This document shows, in pieces, positions 38,320 to 48,537 of a DNA stretch of 64,000 nt. How positions within the stretch are numbered: position 1 is the stretch's first letter; every line of letters begins with the position of its first letter. A program made the translations under genes and the position numbers. Source of the stretch: a virus. A model generated the notes under the pieces. The model made no database searches, was not told where the DNA came from, and worked only from the letters and a program-made list of their open reading frames with translations. Where the stretch lies: positions 105,764 to 169,763 of IMG/VR virus record IMGVR_UViG_3300032223_002232; one strand, written 5' to 3'.

Positions 38320-40890
38320 TTAACCAATTAATTCAGAAAAATCAACGCCTGTTCTTGTTGCAATAAAGTCAGCTAAGATAAACTCAGCGGCTCTTACTGG
38401 CTTGATATAAATTGAGATTCTCAATTCATTATTATCAATCACATCAGGTGTGTTGTTTGTTTCGTCGCAAACCAAGAGATAATCATAAAGACCATCATTT
38501 AACTTAGCCTGATCGAAGATTGGTACTAATGCACCCTTCAAACGATTTCTTGTTGCGAATGAATTTGGTTCAAACACAAAGTACTTGAGGAGTGCTTGTG
38601 CTTCTTTTTCTAAGGTTAAGAATAATCTACGAACATTAACTCTATCAAATGCTGATGGCTTGCGGAATAATGTCTTCTGACCGTATATTACGAATCCATC
38701 GTTATTGAAGTATGCAATTGGGTTGATGTTAATCTTGTAAAGCAAGTCTCTTTGCTTCTGTGTTGGATTGATTGCAAGATCGGTTACATTTGTTAATGAA
38801 CCTCTATTGAAACCTGCTGGGGCAATCCAAGGGAATGATGATTGTGCAGTTGAAGCGTAGATAGCAGATGCATAACCTGATGATGGAAGCCAAACTTGCT
38901 TATTTATGAAAGCATCATTTGTTTTAATCCAGTTACCATATGTAGCAACATAACTACTTTGAACACTTCCAAAGAGATTCTTTAAAGGCCAGTAGATATC
39001 ATTTGAGAATACATAACTCTTCTTAGCAGAAGTCTTTAAGTTTTCACCTTGTACAAAGATATGTCTAAGTGGATCTGCAATAAAGATATGATCTTTTCTT
39101 GTTTGATCTGCAAAAGAAACAAACTGATCTAAGATGTCTTTATAACCTTCATAAACATAACCATCTGGTGTATCACCAGTGTTTACCTTTAAGCCAACAC
39201 CACCATTTGCAGTTGAACCTAATGTGAAATCTACATTATAATTTTCATCATAAAGGTTATATGCTGATATATTTGCATAGTTTGGATCATATGATTTTGT
39301 ATATGCACTTGCCCAAATTGTACCTAAACCAGCTTCAGCTATAATGTCTACATTTACAGAGTCATTGTCTTCAAGTTTATTGAGAATCTTTTGAAGTTTT
39401 AATGGAACTTCACCAAGATCTTTGATATTTGCATCTGTATCAGATACATAAACACCAGTTGAAATTAATGCTTTAGCTGAATCAGCTACTAAAACTGATT
39501 TAGCTGGTAATGAACCATATTTTGCATCATTAACAATCCAATTACCAGTTTGTGATATATTTGGATTTGTGAGTACTTTAATATTCTTTGATGAATTGTT
39601 TACAACAGTATCAATAAAGAATGACGCTGGCGCACCACCAAGAGGATTATTTTGTGTTCTGTTGGCATATAAGGAACCAGCATAACCTTCAGCAATACTA
39701 TAGGTAAGAGTTACTGTATCTTGATTATATTGTGTTGTTTTAAGTTTTACGAGTAAAACAACCAAACTATCTTTGAATGTTGGTTCAAAGAAATCATAAC
39801 CAGTTGGATAAAGTTCAACAATTTTTGATATGCTATTGGCAGCATTTGATGATGCAGATTGAGTAAGAGTGAAACTTAATCTTGATTCAGGAACCTTTGT
39901 AAATCTTTGAACATTACCATCATAACCTGTTACAGCTGAAATTGCTTTTATGCATGTGTAAGGTTGTGATGGGTTAAATGCTTGCTTAAGATCATCTTGA
40001 CTAGCAATCGCAACATAATAACCTTCATAAAGATTATTTACAGATGTCTTGGAATCGTTGATTACAACTAAACCAGCATTACCAATATCAGCGAATGATG
40101 ATATTGCACCATTTGGTGATGCTTCCCAATTAACAGCATTTGATGTTAATTGCTGATATTCATCTTCAGTAAGAAGTAATGATGTAGGTGCACCTAATGT
40201 GTATTCTGTACTTGATTCAAATGAACCACCAGCAACACCTGCAACACCAATTGCAGCTGATACTTGAGCTTGTGAATCATAATTACCACCTGTCAATAAG
40301 ATTAATGGCTCTGTTACATAACCACTACCAGCATGATGAATTATGACTTCTTTAACCTTACCAACGTTTGCACTTAAAGATGGGTTTGTTAAATATGAAG
40401 AATCATAAATTACAGCATGTAATTTAGCTGGATCTTGTGGATCAAGACCATTTACACCACCACCAATAACTTCAACCATAGGTGCTACATCATAACCAAA
40501 ACCAGAGTCAAATAAGTTAATTGATGTTACACCAATTATATTTGTACCTATTGTGTTTACAGCAACTGGATAAGCAAGAACACTGTAAGAATTAGCATAT
40601 CCATCACCTAAATTTGAACCATATGGTAATCTTGCAACTGTGAGGTTTGCTGGTGAATTCAATAAAACTTGTCTTGCTGTATGATATAAATATCTTTCAG
40701 CTGCGTTTGTTGGTGTACCAAAGATTTGCTCATATTCAGATACACTACTGACACTTACAAACTCATCAGTTGGTCCTTGGTCTGAAAATCCAGTTATAAG
40801 GATATCTGTTGAGCCGATTGGTCTAGAAATTGTACTAAGATCAATTTCGTTAAATTGTACGCCCGGTGATGCTATAGTTCTTGATGACAT
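38320..40890 (-). CDS. 18: Tail sheath protein (T4 gp18)
   Basis: SPGV...EIDL, GP, FG.P, PW.APAGFNRG, QRD.LY...INPI, GQKT, FDRVNVRRLF, FEPN, IKP.RAAEFI. Confidence 0.95.
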   Translation of the reverse strand: MSSRTIASPGVQFNEIDLSTISRPIGSTDILITGFSDQGPTDEFVSVSSVSEYEQIFGTPTNAAERYLYHTARQVLLNSPANLTVARLPYGSNLGDGYANSYSVLAYPVAVNTIGTNIIGVTSINLFDSGFGYDVAPMVEVIGGGVNGLDPQDPAKLHAVIYDSSYLTNPSLSANVGKVKEVIIHHAGSGYVTEPLILLTGGNYDSQAQVSAAIGVAGVAGGSFESSTEYTLGAPTSLLLTEDEYQQLTSNAVNWEASPNGAISSFADIGNAGLVVINDSKTSVNNLYEGYYVAIASQDDLKQAFNPSQPYTCIKAISAVTGYDGNVQRFTKVPESRLSFTLTQSASSNAANSISKIVELYPTGYDFFEPTFKDSLVVLLVKLKTTQYNQDTVTLTYSIAEGYAGSLYANRTQNNPLGGAPASFFIDTVVNNSSKNIKVLTNPNISQTGNWIVNDAKYGSLPAKSVLVADSAKALISTGVYVSDTDANIKDLGEVPLKLQKILNKLEDNDSVNVDIIAEAGLGTIWASAYTKSYDPNYANISAYNLYDENYNVDFTLGSTANGGVGLKVNTGDTPDGYVYEGYKDILDQFVSFADQTRKDHIFIADPLRHIFVQGENLKTSAKKSYVFSNDIYWPLKNLFGSVQSSYVATYGNWIKTNDAFINKQVWLPSSGYASAIYASTAQSSFPWIAPAGFNRGSLTNVTDLAINPTQKQRDLLYKININPIAYFNNDGFVIYGQKTLFRKPSAFDRVNVRRLFLTLEKEAQALLKYFVFEPNSFATRNRLKGALVPIFDQAKLNDGLYDYLLVCDETNNTPDVIDNNELRISIYIKPVRAAEFILADFIATRTGVDFSELIG

Positions 40891-40970
40891 AATTTATAAT
40901 ACTATTTATCTTTAATTTTACCCATTTTTACAAATTGTTTTTATATCTCTCATAATAAGTAAATATAATC

Positions 40971-41240
40971 ATGAATAAATTTGATTTATTAGTATCAAGA
41001 ATACTTACAGAAGCTAATTGCACAAAAGTCACACAAAAAACACATTCTACCAGAAAAGGTAAAAAGTGGATGAAATGTGTTAAGAACCCAAAAGGTGGAT
41101 ATAAAAGAATTCATTGGGGTCAAGCTGGTGTAAGGGTTGGAAAAAATAATCCAAAAAGAAGAAAATCATTTCGTGCTAGACATAAATGTTCTGGCGCAAA
41201 ACCCGGAACTCCAAAATATCAGGCTTGTAAAGATTGGTAA
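40971..41240 (+). CDS. Small basic conserved phage protein (RRKSFRARHKC family)
   Basis: IHWGQ.G......P.RRKSFRARHKC...Y.AC..W; upstream TAAATA; N-terminal FD.L...ILTE leader. Confidence 0.75.
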   Translation: MNKFDLLVSRILTEANCTKVTQKTHSTRKGKKWMKCVKNPKGGYKRIHWGQAGVRVGKNNPKRRKSFRARHKCSGAKPGTPKYQACKDW

Positions 41241-41260
41241 AAAGTGTAAGTATATTTGTT

Positions 41261-41674
41261 ATGAGTAAATTCGATTCTATTTTAGAAACATACATTAAGG
41301 AAGGCACTGTTACAATTAATACTGACACTGCCGCCGCTGATGCAACTAAACTAAAAGGAACGCAATTAGGAAATGCTTTAGGACAGATTGCAGGTGCTGA
41401 ACAACAAGGTGTGACTGATCCAAATTCAATAAAACAACCAGCTGATATTATGCATGGTGTTTTAAGTGATGATAAAGTAAATCCATTAACTTGGGATAAA
41501 GTTAATGAACAAGACAAAGCAAAAGTTTTAGCTGCTTTAGTTGATAAAAAAATAATCCCACCATTACAAGCACAACAAGAAGCTGGTAAGGATAACAAAA
41601 AAGAAACACCATCAATAAGTGCAAGTACAACACCTCAATCTTCACAGCAAGGTGGTACATTACAAGGTGTTTAA
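41261..41674 (+). CDS. Hypothetical late (probably virion) protein
   Basis: TAAGTA 8 nt before ATG 41261; N-terminus MSKFDSILETYIKE. Confidence 0.65.
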   Translation: MSKFDSILETYIKEGTVTINTDTAAADATKLKGTQLGNALGQIAGAEQQGVTDPNSIKQPADIMHGVLSDDKVNPLTWDKVNEQDKAKVLAALVDKKIIPPLQAQQEAGKDNKKETPSISASTTPQSSQQGGTLQGV

Positions 41675-41698
41675 TTAATCCACAATGGATTATAATTT

Positions 41699-42580
41699 AT
41701 GAGCAAAAAAATGCGCCCTAAAAAGGGTTCTGACAGAAAACAATCTGGCAGAATCAATCACGAAACAACTAACCCACAGGTTGGTAAACAAGAGGATAAT
41801 TCTCCTTATGTATTTCAAAGAGACAAAATATCTTTTGATTTAACAATCAAAAATTTACCTTGGACAAATAAACAAAAAGAAATTATAGCAAGATTTCTTG
41901 ATAAAGGTACAAAGGTATTGATGCTTAAAGGTCCAGCAGGAACAAGTAAAACAACTCTTGCTATGTATTGTGGATTAATGCTTCTCAACATGAGAAGAAT
42001 TTCAGATATGGTTCTTGTGAGATCAGCAGTTGAATCTTCTGATTCTAAATTAGGGTTTTTACCCGGAACTCTTGATGAAAAGATTGCAGTTTATCTTACA
42101 CCATTCCATGACAAATTTGAAGAACTCCTCTGCAAAGCCCAATTAGACAGGCTCCAGAAGGACAATCGTTTAACAATTTGCCCAATCAACTTTGCAAGAG
42201 GTCTTCACTTTTCTGCAAAATTTGTTTGTGCTGATGAAGTACAGAATTTTTCTAAAAAAGAAATTCATACTCTCATGAGTCGTATTGGTGAATTCTCAAA
42301 GGTATTTCTTTGTGGTGATCCAGAACAGAGTGATCTTCCTTATGGTAAATCAGGCTTTGATAAAGTTTACAATCTTTTTGATAATGATGAAGCAAAAGCT
42401 CAAGGTATATTCTGTATGGAATTAACTGAAGATGATATTGTTCGTTCTGAACTTTGCAAATTCATTACACATAAGTTTAAAGAACTTTATATTGCCGATC
42501 AACATAAAGATGCTCAACATCAACAGCATATTAAAGAGAATCAACATAAAGATGCTTGGAAACCATCAGAAGGTAAGTAA
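41699..42580 (+). CDS. phoH: PhoH-like ATPase
   Basis: GPAGTSKT, R..VES...LGFLPG, FARG, DEVQN, SRIGE, GDPEQ.DL, DIVRS. Confidence 0.92.
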   Translation: MSKKMRPKKGSDRKQSGRINHETTNPQVGKQEDNSPYVFQRDKISFDLTIKNLPWTNKQKEIIARFLDKGTKVLMLKGPAGTSKTTLAMYCGLMLLNMRRISDMVLVRSAVESSDSKLGFLPGTLDEKIAVYLTPFHDKFEELLCKAQLDRLQKDNRLTICPINFARGLHFSAKFVCADEVQNFSKKEIHTLMSRIGEFSKVFLCGDPEQSDLPYGKSGFDKVYNLFDNDEAKAQGIFCMELTEDDIVRSELCKFITHKFKELYIADQHKDAQHQQHIKENQHKDAWKPSEGK

Positions 42581-42589
42581 GTATATATT

Positions 42590-42772
42590 ATGAATAATAA
42601 TCCCCAATATCAGAATGTAGAAAACAGACCAATCGGTTGTACTTTTTGTGGCGCACATGTCCAAGGAAGAGTTAATGAAAAACTCAATCCTAAAACAAAA
42701 CAAGTTATAAAAGAATGCCGTTGGGTTTGTTCTCGTTGCGGTAACGTTGTTAAAATCGGAAACGTTAACTAA
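42590..42772 (+). CDS. Small zinc-ribbon protein
   Basis: CTFC...CSRC; upstream TAAGTA. Confidence 0.7.
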   Translation: MNNNPQYQNVENRPIGCTFCGAHVQGRVNEKLNPKTKQVIKECRWVCSRCGNVVKIGNVN

Positions 42773-43266
42773 TGGATCTAAACCAGATACTTGAAGAAAT
42801 CTATGATAGGGGTGGTGGTAGCTATCCAGCTTACAGCCAAGCTCCTCGTAAAGATTTTGCTCCAATATCTACAAAGGGAGGATATGATTATCCTTATCAA
42901 CAAACAGGTGTAGCTGGTGCTTTTACCGAGCCACCACCAGATGCACCTATAATTTTACCTTGGCCTATGCAAACCGTTACTGATGATTTAGCTGATGGAT
43001 TTGTATTGATAATGTCAGCAGCAAATAAAATTGTGCAATGTGTTAATTCAAATCCAGCTTTAACTGAAACACAAAAAGAAGAATTAATAGAAATTTATAA
43101 GAAAACAAAACAGGCTTTAGATTTAATTAAAACAGTTGGAATTAATATTGGTAAATCAAATATAGCTGGTCCTCAACCATCACAGAATCCAGTTCCAGCA
43201 CCAGCAAACCCAGCACCAGATTCTCTTCCAAGTACAGGTAATACAGTAGTAATTAAATTACCTTGA
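42772..43266 (+). CDS. Hypothetical protein
   Basis: ORF coupled to the previous stop; N-terminus MDLNQILEE. Confidence 0.65.
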   Translation: MDLNQILEEIYDRGGGSYPAYSQAPRKDFAPISTKGGYDYPYQQTGVAGAFTEPPPDAPIILPWPMQTVTDDLADGFVLIMSAANKIVQCVNSNPALTETQKEELIEIYKKTKQALDLIKTVGINIGKSNIAGPQPSQNPVPAPANPAPDSLPSTGNTVVIKLP

Positions 43267-43291
43267 CAATAATATTCTAACACTATAGTAT
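43263..43291 (+). promoter_or_regulatory. Sigma70-like promoter
   Basis: TTGACA-17 nt-TAGTAT, 6 nt before ATG 43298. Confidence 0.7.
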
Positions 43292-43297
43292 AGTGCT

Positions 43298-43732
43298 ATG
43301 GATAAAAACAAAATTCGTTGGGATATAATACAGTCAACATTAACTGTTATTTTTACATCATCTCTTATTGCGGTATCAGCACTCCTTTTTGGTATTAATT
43401 GGATTGCAACATTTATATTAGCATTTGTTTTACAATATATTTTATTTTCATTTTTTGGAAATATTATTAACAATTATTTTGCAGAGAAAACAAGACAAAA
43501 ACAATTAGATACATTAGAACCACTTTCAACTATTTTAGAATGTGCATATTGTAATGCAAAAAACATAATGACATTTCTTCCAGATGAAACTGAAAGAATT
43601 GAATTTGAATGTGATTCTTGTAAGAAGAAAAATCTTGTTAGTATTCAGTTTGTTGTTGCAAGAATTACAGATGCTGTTACTATTAATACAACAACCAACA
43701 TTCCTTTAATCGATGAAAAAAATGAAATCTAA
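43298..43732 (+). CDS. Membrane protein (2 TM) with C-terminal zinc ribbon
   Basis: Two hydrophobic helices followed by CAYC...CDSC. Confidence 0.7.
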   Translation: MDKNKIRWDIIQSTLTVIFTSSLIAVSALLFGINWIATFILAFVLQYILFSFFGNIINNYFAEKTRQKQLDTLEPLSTILECAYCNAKNIMTFLPDETERIEFECDSCKKKNLVSIQFVVARITDAVTINTTTNIPLIDEKNEI

Positions 43733-44015
43733 AAATTGGGAAAACATTCACGATGAAGCATCCAAGTGGGCTAGATGGATTGCATTATATGAAGCTGTAA
43801 ATTATCTTGCAGATAAAGCACAAGAGAAAGGTTTAAAGTTTGAAAAGTTAGATTTAAAGCCTCTTAAAATATTAGAGTATATTGAATCAACACAAGATAT
43901 TATTTTAAGAAAATTATTGAAACAAGAATATAATATTGATGTATGTTATTCAGATGTTCAATATGATTCAGAATTAAATCCTATTCCACAAAAAGAATAT
44001 CAATATTCACCGTAA
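43713..44015 (+). CDS. Hypothetical protein
   Basis: 100-aa ORF; start may be 43722. Confidence 0.6.
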   Translation: MKKMKSKNWENIHDEASKWARWIALYEAVNYLADKAQEKGLKFEKLDLKPLKILEYIESTQDIILRKLLKQEYNIDVCYSDVQYDSELNPIPQKEYQYSP

Positions 44016-44629
44016 ACACTATCATTACTACAAGGATTTTCTTCTTCGTAGTTAAAGTTAGAATCAGCAAGTTGTTCTAATATGTCATTATCATTATTAG
44101 CAACATTTCCGATACCAGAACCCGGTGATCCATTTTCGAATGAGTAGTCGTATCTCTTGGCTTTCCAGAACCAAACATAGTGACCACCTAAAGCATTTAA
44201 TTGAAATTCATCAATAACTTCAGTTAATTCATATACAGATGGTCCTCTTTTTGGAAAATTAATACGATCACTACCAAATTCTTCCATGAATAAAAGATCA
44301 CCATTTTTAGGTTCAGCAGATACACCAAATGCAGTTGTAAAATGTTTGGGATGAATAACACCTGTCATATCACTATCAGCTACAATACCAAATTTTGACA
44401 ATAGATAAGAATCATTCGTAAGGTTTAATAATACAATTAAAGGTTTTGATGCTGCAAATCCAGCATCAGGTTCTTCACCATAAAGAACATTCATTCCTGT
44501 CAACGATGATTGATTTGAATAGTATTGTATTTGTTGTCCGTAAATTCCTATTTGCTCATACCACCAATTAGAAAAGTTTTGCCTTTCTTGTGTATTAACA
44601 CCTTTATTTAAATAACGTAATGTTTCCAT
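44000..44629 (-). CDS. Neck protein (T4 gp14-like)
   Basis: EQI.IYG...Y, LYGE.P, LSKFG, P..GDL, YE...V, YVW, YS.E. Confidence 0.8.
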   Translation of the reverse strand: METLRYLNKGVNTQERQNFSNWWYEQIGIYGQQIQYYSNQSSLTGMNVLYGEEPDAGFAASKPLIVLLNLTNDSYLLSKFGIVADSDMTGVIHPKHFTTAFGVSAEPKNGDLLFMEEFGSDRINFPKRGPSVYELTEVIDEFQLNALGGHYVWFWKAKRYDYSFENGSPGSGIGNVANNDNDILEQLADSNFNYEEENPCSNDSVYGEY

Positions 44630-45016
44630 TTATTCTCCTTTATATTTCAATATATAAACTTTAGGTGATATTAAAACTAAATGAACACCAGTTTGTTTTA
44701 TTGCCTTTGATGTTTCTTGTGGTGTTGGACAAACATTATATTTTTGTATAATATCAAGTGCTTCTGGATGAGATAAAGCAACGCCTTGATTTGGATCTTT
44801 TCTATTTAAACATAAAGTAATTTTAGGATGTTCATGTTTTTTTTCTGTATGAGTCTTTGCAACGAAATATGGATTTTTTCTATTAAGACCTGAACCCATT
44901 AATCTACCAACAGTTTTATGATGTTCACTTCCAGTATTAATACCCATCTTTGATGCTTTCTTTTCATCAGCACTTAAAGATAAGGCATTTCCATTATAAA
45001 AATCTTTAAAATTCAC
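44630..45016 (-). CDS. Hypothetical late protein
   Basis: TAAGTA 5 nt before GTG; N-terminus MNFKDFY. Confidence 0.65.
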   Translation of the reverse strand: MNFKDFYNGNALSLSADEKKASKMGINTGSEHHKTVGRLMGSGLNRKNPYFVAKTHTEKKHEHPKITLCLNRKDPNQGVALSHPEALDIIQKYNVCPTPQETSKAIKQTGVHLVLISPKVYILKYKGE

Positions 45017-45030
45017 AAGTATACTTACAC

Positions 45031-45062
45031 AAAAAAACCCCGCCGTAGCGGGGTTTTCTTTT
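45031..45062 (-). terminator. Intrinsic terminator (possibly bidirectional)
   Basis: Minus strand AAAACCCCGC-TACG-GCGGGGTTTTTTT. Confidence 0.9.
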
Positions 45063-45075
45063 ATATTAATTTATT

Positions 45076-45942
45076 TTATTCTTGATCAAATAAAGTCTTA
45101 CCAACTTTATCTACAGAACCAACTTTGTTACTACCTTTACCAGTGTGCTTTGAAACACCAGCTTCTGTGGAGTGAGCTTTTGCTACACCATCATGGCCTT
45201 TACCTGTTGATGGTGTTTGTGCTGACTTCTTTGTTACTGGAACTGCACCTTTAACTTCTTTCTTTGACTTATCTGCTAAAGATAAACCTTCAGCACCAGC
45301 GAGTTCTTGCATATCAACTGCTTCCTTGAATGGATTCTCGCCTTCTTCAGACTCTTCACCCTCTTCGGAACCACCAAATGCATGTTCAGCTTCTTCTTCA
45401 CCTTCAGACTCTTCACCTTCATGTTCTTCATCACCAACGAGAACGTTTTGAAGAAGTTCAAGTAATTTGTGTGCTGTTTCTTTATCAAGTTCAAGAGTTA
45501 CTGTTTCATCTTCACCCTCTTCACCTTCACCGAACTCGTCGGATTCTTCATCAGATGATTCGCCACCAAATGGTTCAGCTACTCCAAAAGATGAATCTTC
45601 TGGTGTCTTGCCTGTTGAGAAGGACATTTCTTCGCCTTCTTCACTTAAAATTTTGCTATATAATGCATCAAATGGATTCTTTGCTTCATAAGAAACTGAA
45701 TTCTTTTTAGCTTCACCATCTGTTTCTGCACTCTGTGTTAAGTGTGCAGGTGCTTCTTCTGGTGATTCAACATCATCAGCTGATTCAGGTCCAGTTTTCT
45801 TTTGCGGTGCTTTATTTTTTTCACTTTCAGCGTTGCCGAAAACTTTACCAGTTTGTGAGGTTTCACCTTCAACCTTCTGACCTTTTTGGAGATCTTCAGA
45901 TTCTGTGATGATTTTGAGATATGCTTTTGTTAATGGGTCCAT
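45076..45942 (-). CDS. Highly acidic prohead core/internal head protein (putative)
   Basis: Glu-rich low-complexity sequence, late promoter, own terminator, repeated L..AY.KI..E / FDALY.KIL.E segments. Confidence 0.6.
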   Translation of the reverse strand: MDPLTKAYLKIITESEDLQKGQKVEGETSQTGKVFGNAESEKNKAPQKKTGPESADDVESPEEAPAHLTQSAETDGEAKKNSVSYEAKNPFDALYSKILSEEGEEMSFSTGKTPEDSSFGVAEPFGGESSDEESDEFGEGEEGEDETVTLELDKETAHKLLELLQNVLVGDEEHEGEESEGEEEAEHAFGGSEEGEESEEGENPFKEAVDMQELAGAEGLSLADKSKKEVKGAVPVTKKSAQTPSTGKGHDGVAKAHSTEAGVSKHTGKGSNKVGSVDKVGKTLFDQE

Positions 45943-45992
45943 ATGTTGTTATTTATATTTACCCTACACTTATTCCATTTCCATATTTTTTT

Positions 45993-46796
45993 TTACAAAT
46001 TATTTAATATGGTTTCTGCTTCGTCTTTTAAATTAAGTGTTGGATATAATATATAATTATCCTTTCCACATACCCAAACGATATTTCCATCACCAACTTC
46101 AAATGGTGTATTCCTTTCTATAATCAGCTTATAGAGCCATATTTGTAAACTATATTTTACAAGCTCACAATTTTGTAAATGTGTAAATGGTGCAAGTAAT
46201 CTTTCACCTCTTGGATTTTCAATTTTAATTTCTTTATTAGTCTTATAATCAAATATAGATAACTTCTTTGTTTTTTTGTTATATGACAAATTATCAAGAG
46301 TTCCACATAATTTGGATTTATCATCACCAATTACAAATTCAGATTTTATTAAAACGTGATCTTGCTTCCACCATTCATAAAAATTTAAAAAGTTATTAAT
46401 AAGATGTGCCATTTCACCATAATATTGATCAACATCAGATTGATCAAATTTACTTTTATTTTGTGCAAGGAACACCATAAAAGCTTCCTTATCCAAAGCA
46501 ATCTTTCTACGTTCTAAGAAATTCTCTACAAATAAATGAAACTCAGATCCTTTATGACAAGAATAATCTCTTTTATAAGCCCATTCAGCTAATACATCAT
46601 CAACATCCTTACCATCACGTTTCGCTACATTCCTAGCAACACGATCAGTTTCAAATTCCTTTTCATATTTCTTTAATGCACCAGAGACTGAAGTCTTTGC
46701 TGGTGTATCACCTATAGTGTATTTGTGATTTTTATCAAAGAATTTTACATGTGAAAATGCTTCAGTTAATGTTACGAGAGAGTCAAAATTAAGCAT
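45993..46796 (-). CDS. PD-(D/E)XK nuclease (RecB/Cas4-like exonuclease)
   Basis: TSVS, GSEFH, SE, GTLD, DYKT, Y.LQ..LY; start taken at ATG 46796. Confidence 0.85.
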   Translation of the reverse strand: MLNFDSLVTLTEAFSHVKFFDKNHKYTIGDTPAKTSVSGALKKYEKEFETDRVARNVAKRDGKDVDDVLAEWAYKRDYSCHKGSEFHLFVENFLERRKIALDKEAFMVFLAQNKSKFDQSDVDQYYGEMAHLINNFLNFYEWWKQDHVLIKSEFVIGDDKSKLCGTLDNLSYNKKTKKLSIFDYKTNKEIKIENPRGERLLAPFTHLQNCELVKYSLQIWLYKLIIERNTPFEVGDGNIVWVCGKDNYILYPTLNLKDEAETILNNL

Positions 46797-48006
46797 TGCC
46801 GAATCCGATAACTCTGTTTGATTCTGATTTTTTGGGTTTGTTTCCATATAGTTCTACTTCTTTTTCTAAATTATAAATGTCACTTATTGATAAAGGTTCA
46901 GTAATTTTTTCTTCAATAAATTTCTTTGGGTACTTCAAATGTTTTGCAAGTTTTTTAGCATCCTCAATTGATAACGCACCAAACTCATATTCAGCTTGAA
47001 GTCTACCCTTTCTCTTTAGAGCATCATCAATATCTTGTTTAGGGCAATTGTAAGTTACAATTACTGAAGTCTTTAATATATCACTAAGGATACCATCTGA
47101 CAAGTTTAATAATGATGATACAGCAGATGAATCCATTCCATCACCCTGTCTTTTCATAATTGCCTTTTCAGCATCTTCAAGAATGATGACAGAGTTTGGT
47201 TTTGAAATTAAAGTATGTAAACAGTTTGGATCAGAAGTAAAATTCTCAATCATTGTTGTTGGGATGTAAATGAAATCCCTATTAACTTTATCTGCTAAAT
47301 ACTTGATATAGGTAGTTTTACCAGTTCCGGGCATTCCATGAAACATGAATAAACCATTGGGTTTCTCCATAAGTCTCTCTTTAATAAGTTTATCAATTGG
47401 TAAAAAGTCTTTACCATAATTTAATTCCAAATTTAAATCCTTTGGAAGATTAACTGAAATTGGTTCAAACGTATATTCACCAAATTGGTTTTTAATAAAT
47501 AAGTGAACTTTTGTTTTATTGTCATCAGCAACAATAAACTGATCAAAATCAGATATATCAATTTTTTCTAAGTTTGATGGATATGTTATATGTAAGTTAT
47601 ATATTTTCTTTTCAGTTATTTTTTTCTTATCATCTTCTGAAACAATACCAACATCTCTTAATCTGTAGCTTAAACCAAACTCATCATCTGATGATTCATT
47701 TTTAACTGAAATCTTTAAGTAATAATTTTTATACTTGAACCAGAAAAATCCATTTTTAAAGTTCTTGTAATCAGATTGACATGGTTTTAATTCACCGTTA
47801 ATTGATGAATTAAGGTATATCGCATTTTTAAGTAAAAATGGTAAAATCCCCTCACTAAAGGTATCATCCAAATAAAGATATGATGGAGCAAACCCATAAG
47901 TCGTTGTAATGTAATTCCTTATAGGGAAATCATTGCTCATTTCTACTTTAAAGTGTGTATCTTCAGTGTTAATAGACACTACGTTGTTTTTTCTTATTGG
48001 AAGCAT
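46789..48006 (-). CDS. AAA+ ATPase
   Basis: HGMPGTGKTT, ILEDAE, LLNLSDG, TYN, IDDALKRKGRL. Confidence 0.9.
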   Translation of the reverse strand: MLPIRKNNVVSINTEDTHFKVEMSNDFPIRNYITTTYGFAPSYLYLDDTFSEGILPFLLKNAIYLNSSINGELKPCQSDYKNFKNGFFWFKYKNYYLKISVKNESSDDEFGLSYRLRDVGIVSEDDKKKITEKKIYNLHITYPSNLEKIDISDFDQFIVADDNKTKVHLFIKNQFGEYTFEPISVNLPKDLNLELNYGKDFLPIDKLIKERLMEKPNGLFMFHGMPGTGKTTYIKYLADKVNRDFIYIPTTMIENFTSDPNCLHTLISKPNSVIILEDAEKAIMKRQGDGMDSSAVSSLLNLSDGILSDILKTSVIVTYNCPKQDIDDALKRKGRLQAEYEFGALSIEDAKKLAKHLKYPKKFIEEKITEPLSISDIYNLEKEVELYGNKPKKSESNRVIGFGNA

Positions 48007-48012
48007 TCTTAT

Positions 48013-48040
48013 ACTTTAACTGAAACCTCAGAAAAAGCAA
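48013..48040 (-). promoter_or_regulatory. Sigma70-like promoter for the AAA ATPase
   Basis: TTGCTT-16 nt-TAAAGT, 6 nt before the ATG. Confidence 0.5.
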
Positions 48041-48097
48041 TAAAATATTGACATTCCATTAATTTTATTAGATCATGCTTTTCTTATAAATATTAAT

Positions 48098-48481
48098 ATG
48101 CAACGTTTATCTAAAAAGGAAATGAGCTTGATTCACAAGCGTTGCGTGAATTTGATAAGACGTAAACCACCAGAGTTTTTGGTTTTCAAAAAACTTGGTA
48201 TTTATGGTTGGTGTTTATATGACGAGGATGTACTATTAGTCGATCATAGAAAATCACCAATAAGAACAGCATATCATGAATGCATACATTACTTGTATCC
48301 AGATTGGAGTGAAACAAAGGTTCTTAGAGCAGAATCTCAAATGATAAACAAATTGTCAATGTTGGAAATTGCACAATTCATGAAATATGTTTCCATTAAA
48401 CTTTACAAAAGCGAACTTTCTAAAAAGATTTTCAAAACACGAAAAGCTAATAAGCGAAAAAAAATTAAAAAGAAAAAATAA
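48098..48481 (+). CDS. Small HExxH zinc-metallopeptidase-like protein
   Basis: G.C...T.YHECIH...P..SE; upstream TATAAATA. Confidence 0.65.
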   Translation: MQRLSKKEMSLIHKRCVNLIRRKPPEFLVFKKLGIYGWCLYDEDVLLVDHRKSPIRTAYHECIHYLYPDWSETKVLRAESQMINKLSMLEIAQFMKYVSIKLYKSELSKKIFKTRKANKRKKIKKKK

Positions 48482-48537
48482 AAGAGTTGTGTGATATTAC
48501 ACAAGATGATATAATTTAATAAGTAGTACACAACTTT

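Noticed and set aside
45993-46796. Cas4 as part of a CRISPR-Cas system
   Set aside because: No four-Cys Fe-S pattern, no other cas genes and no array seen in the window
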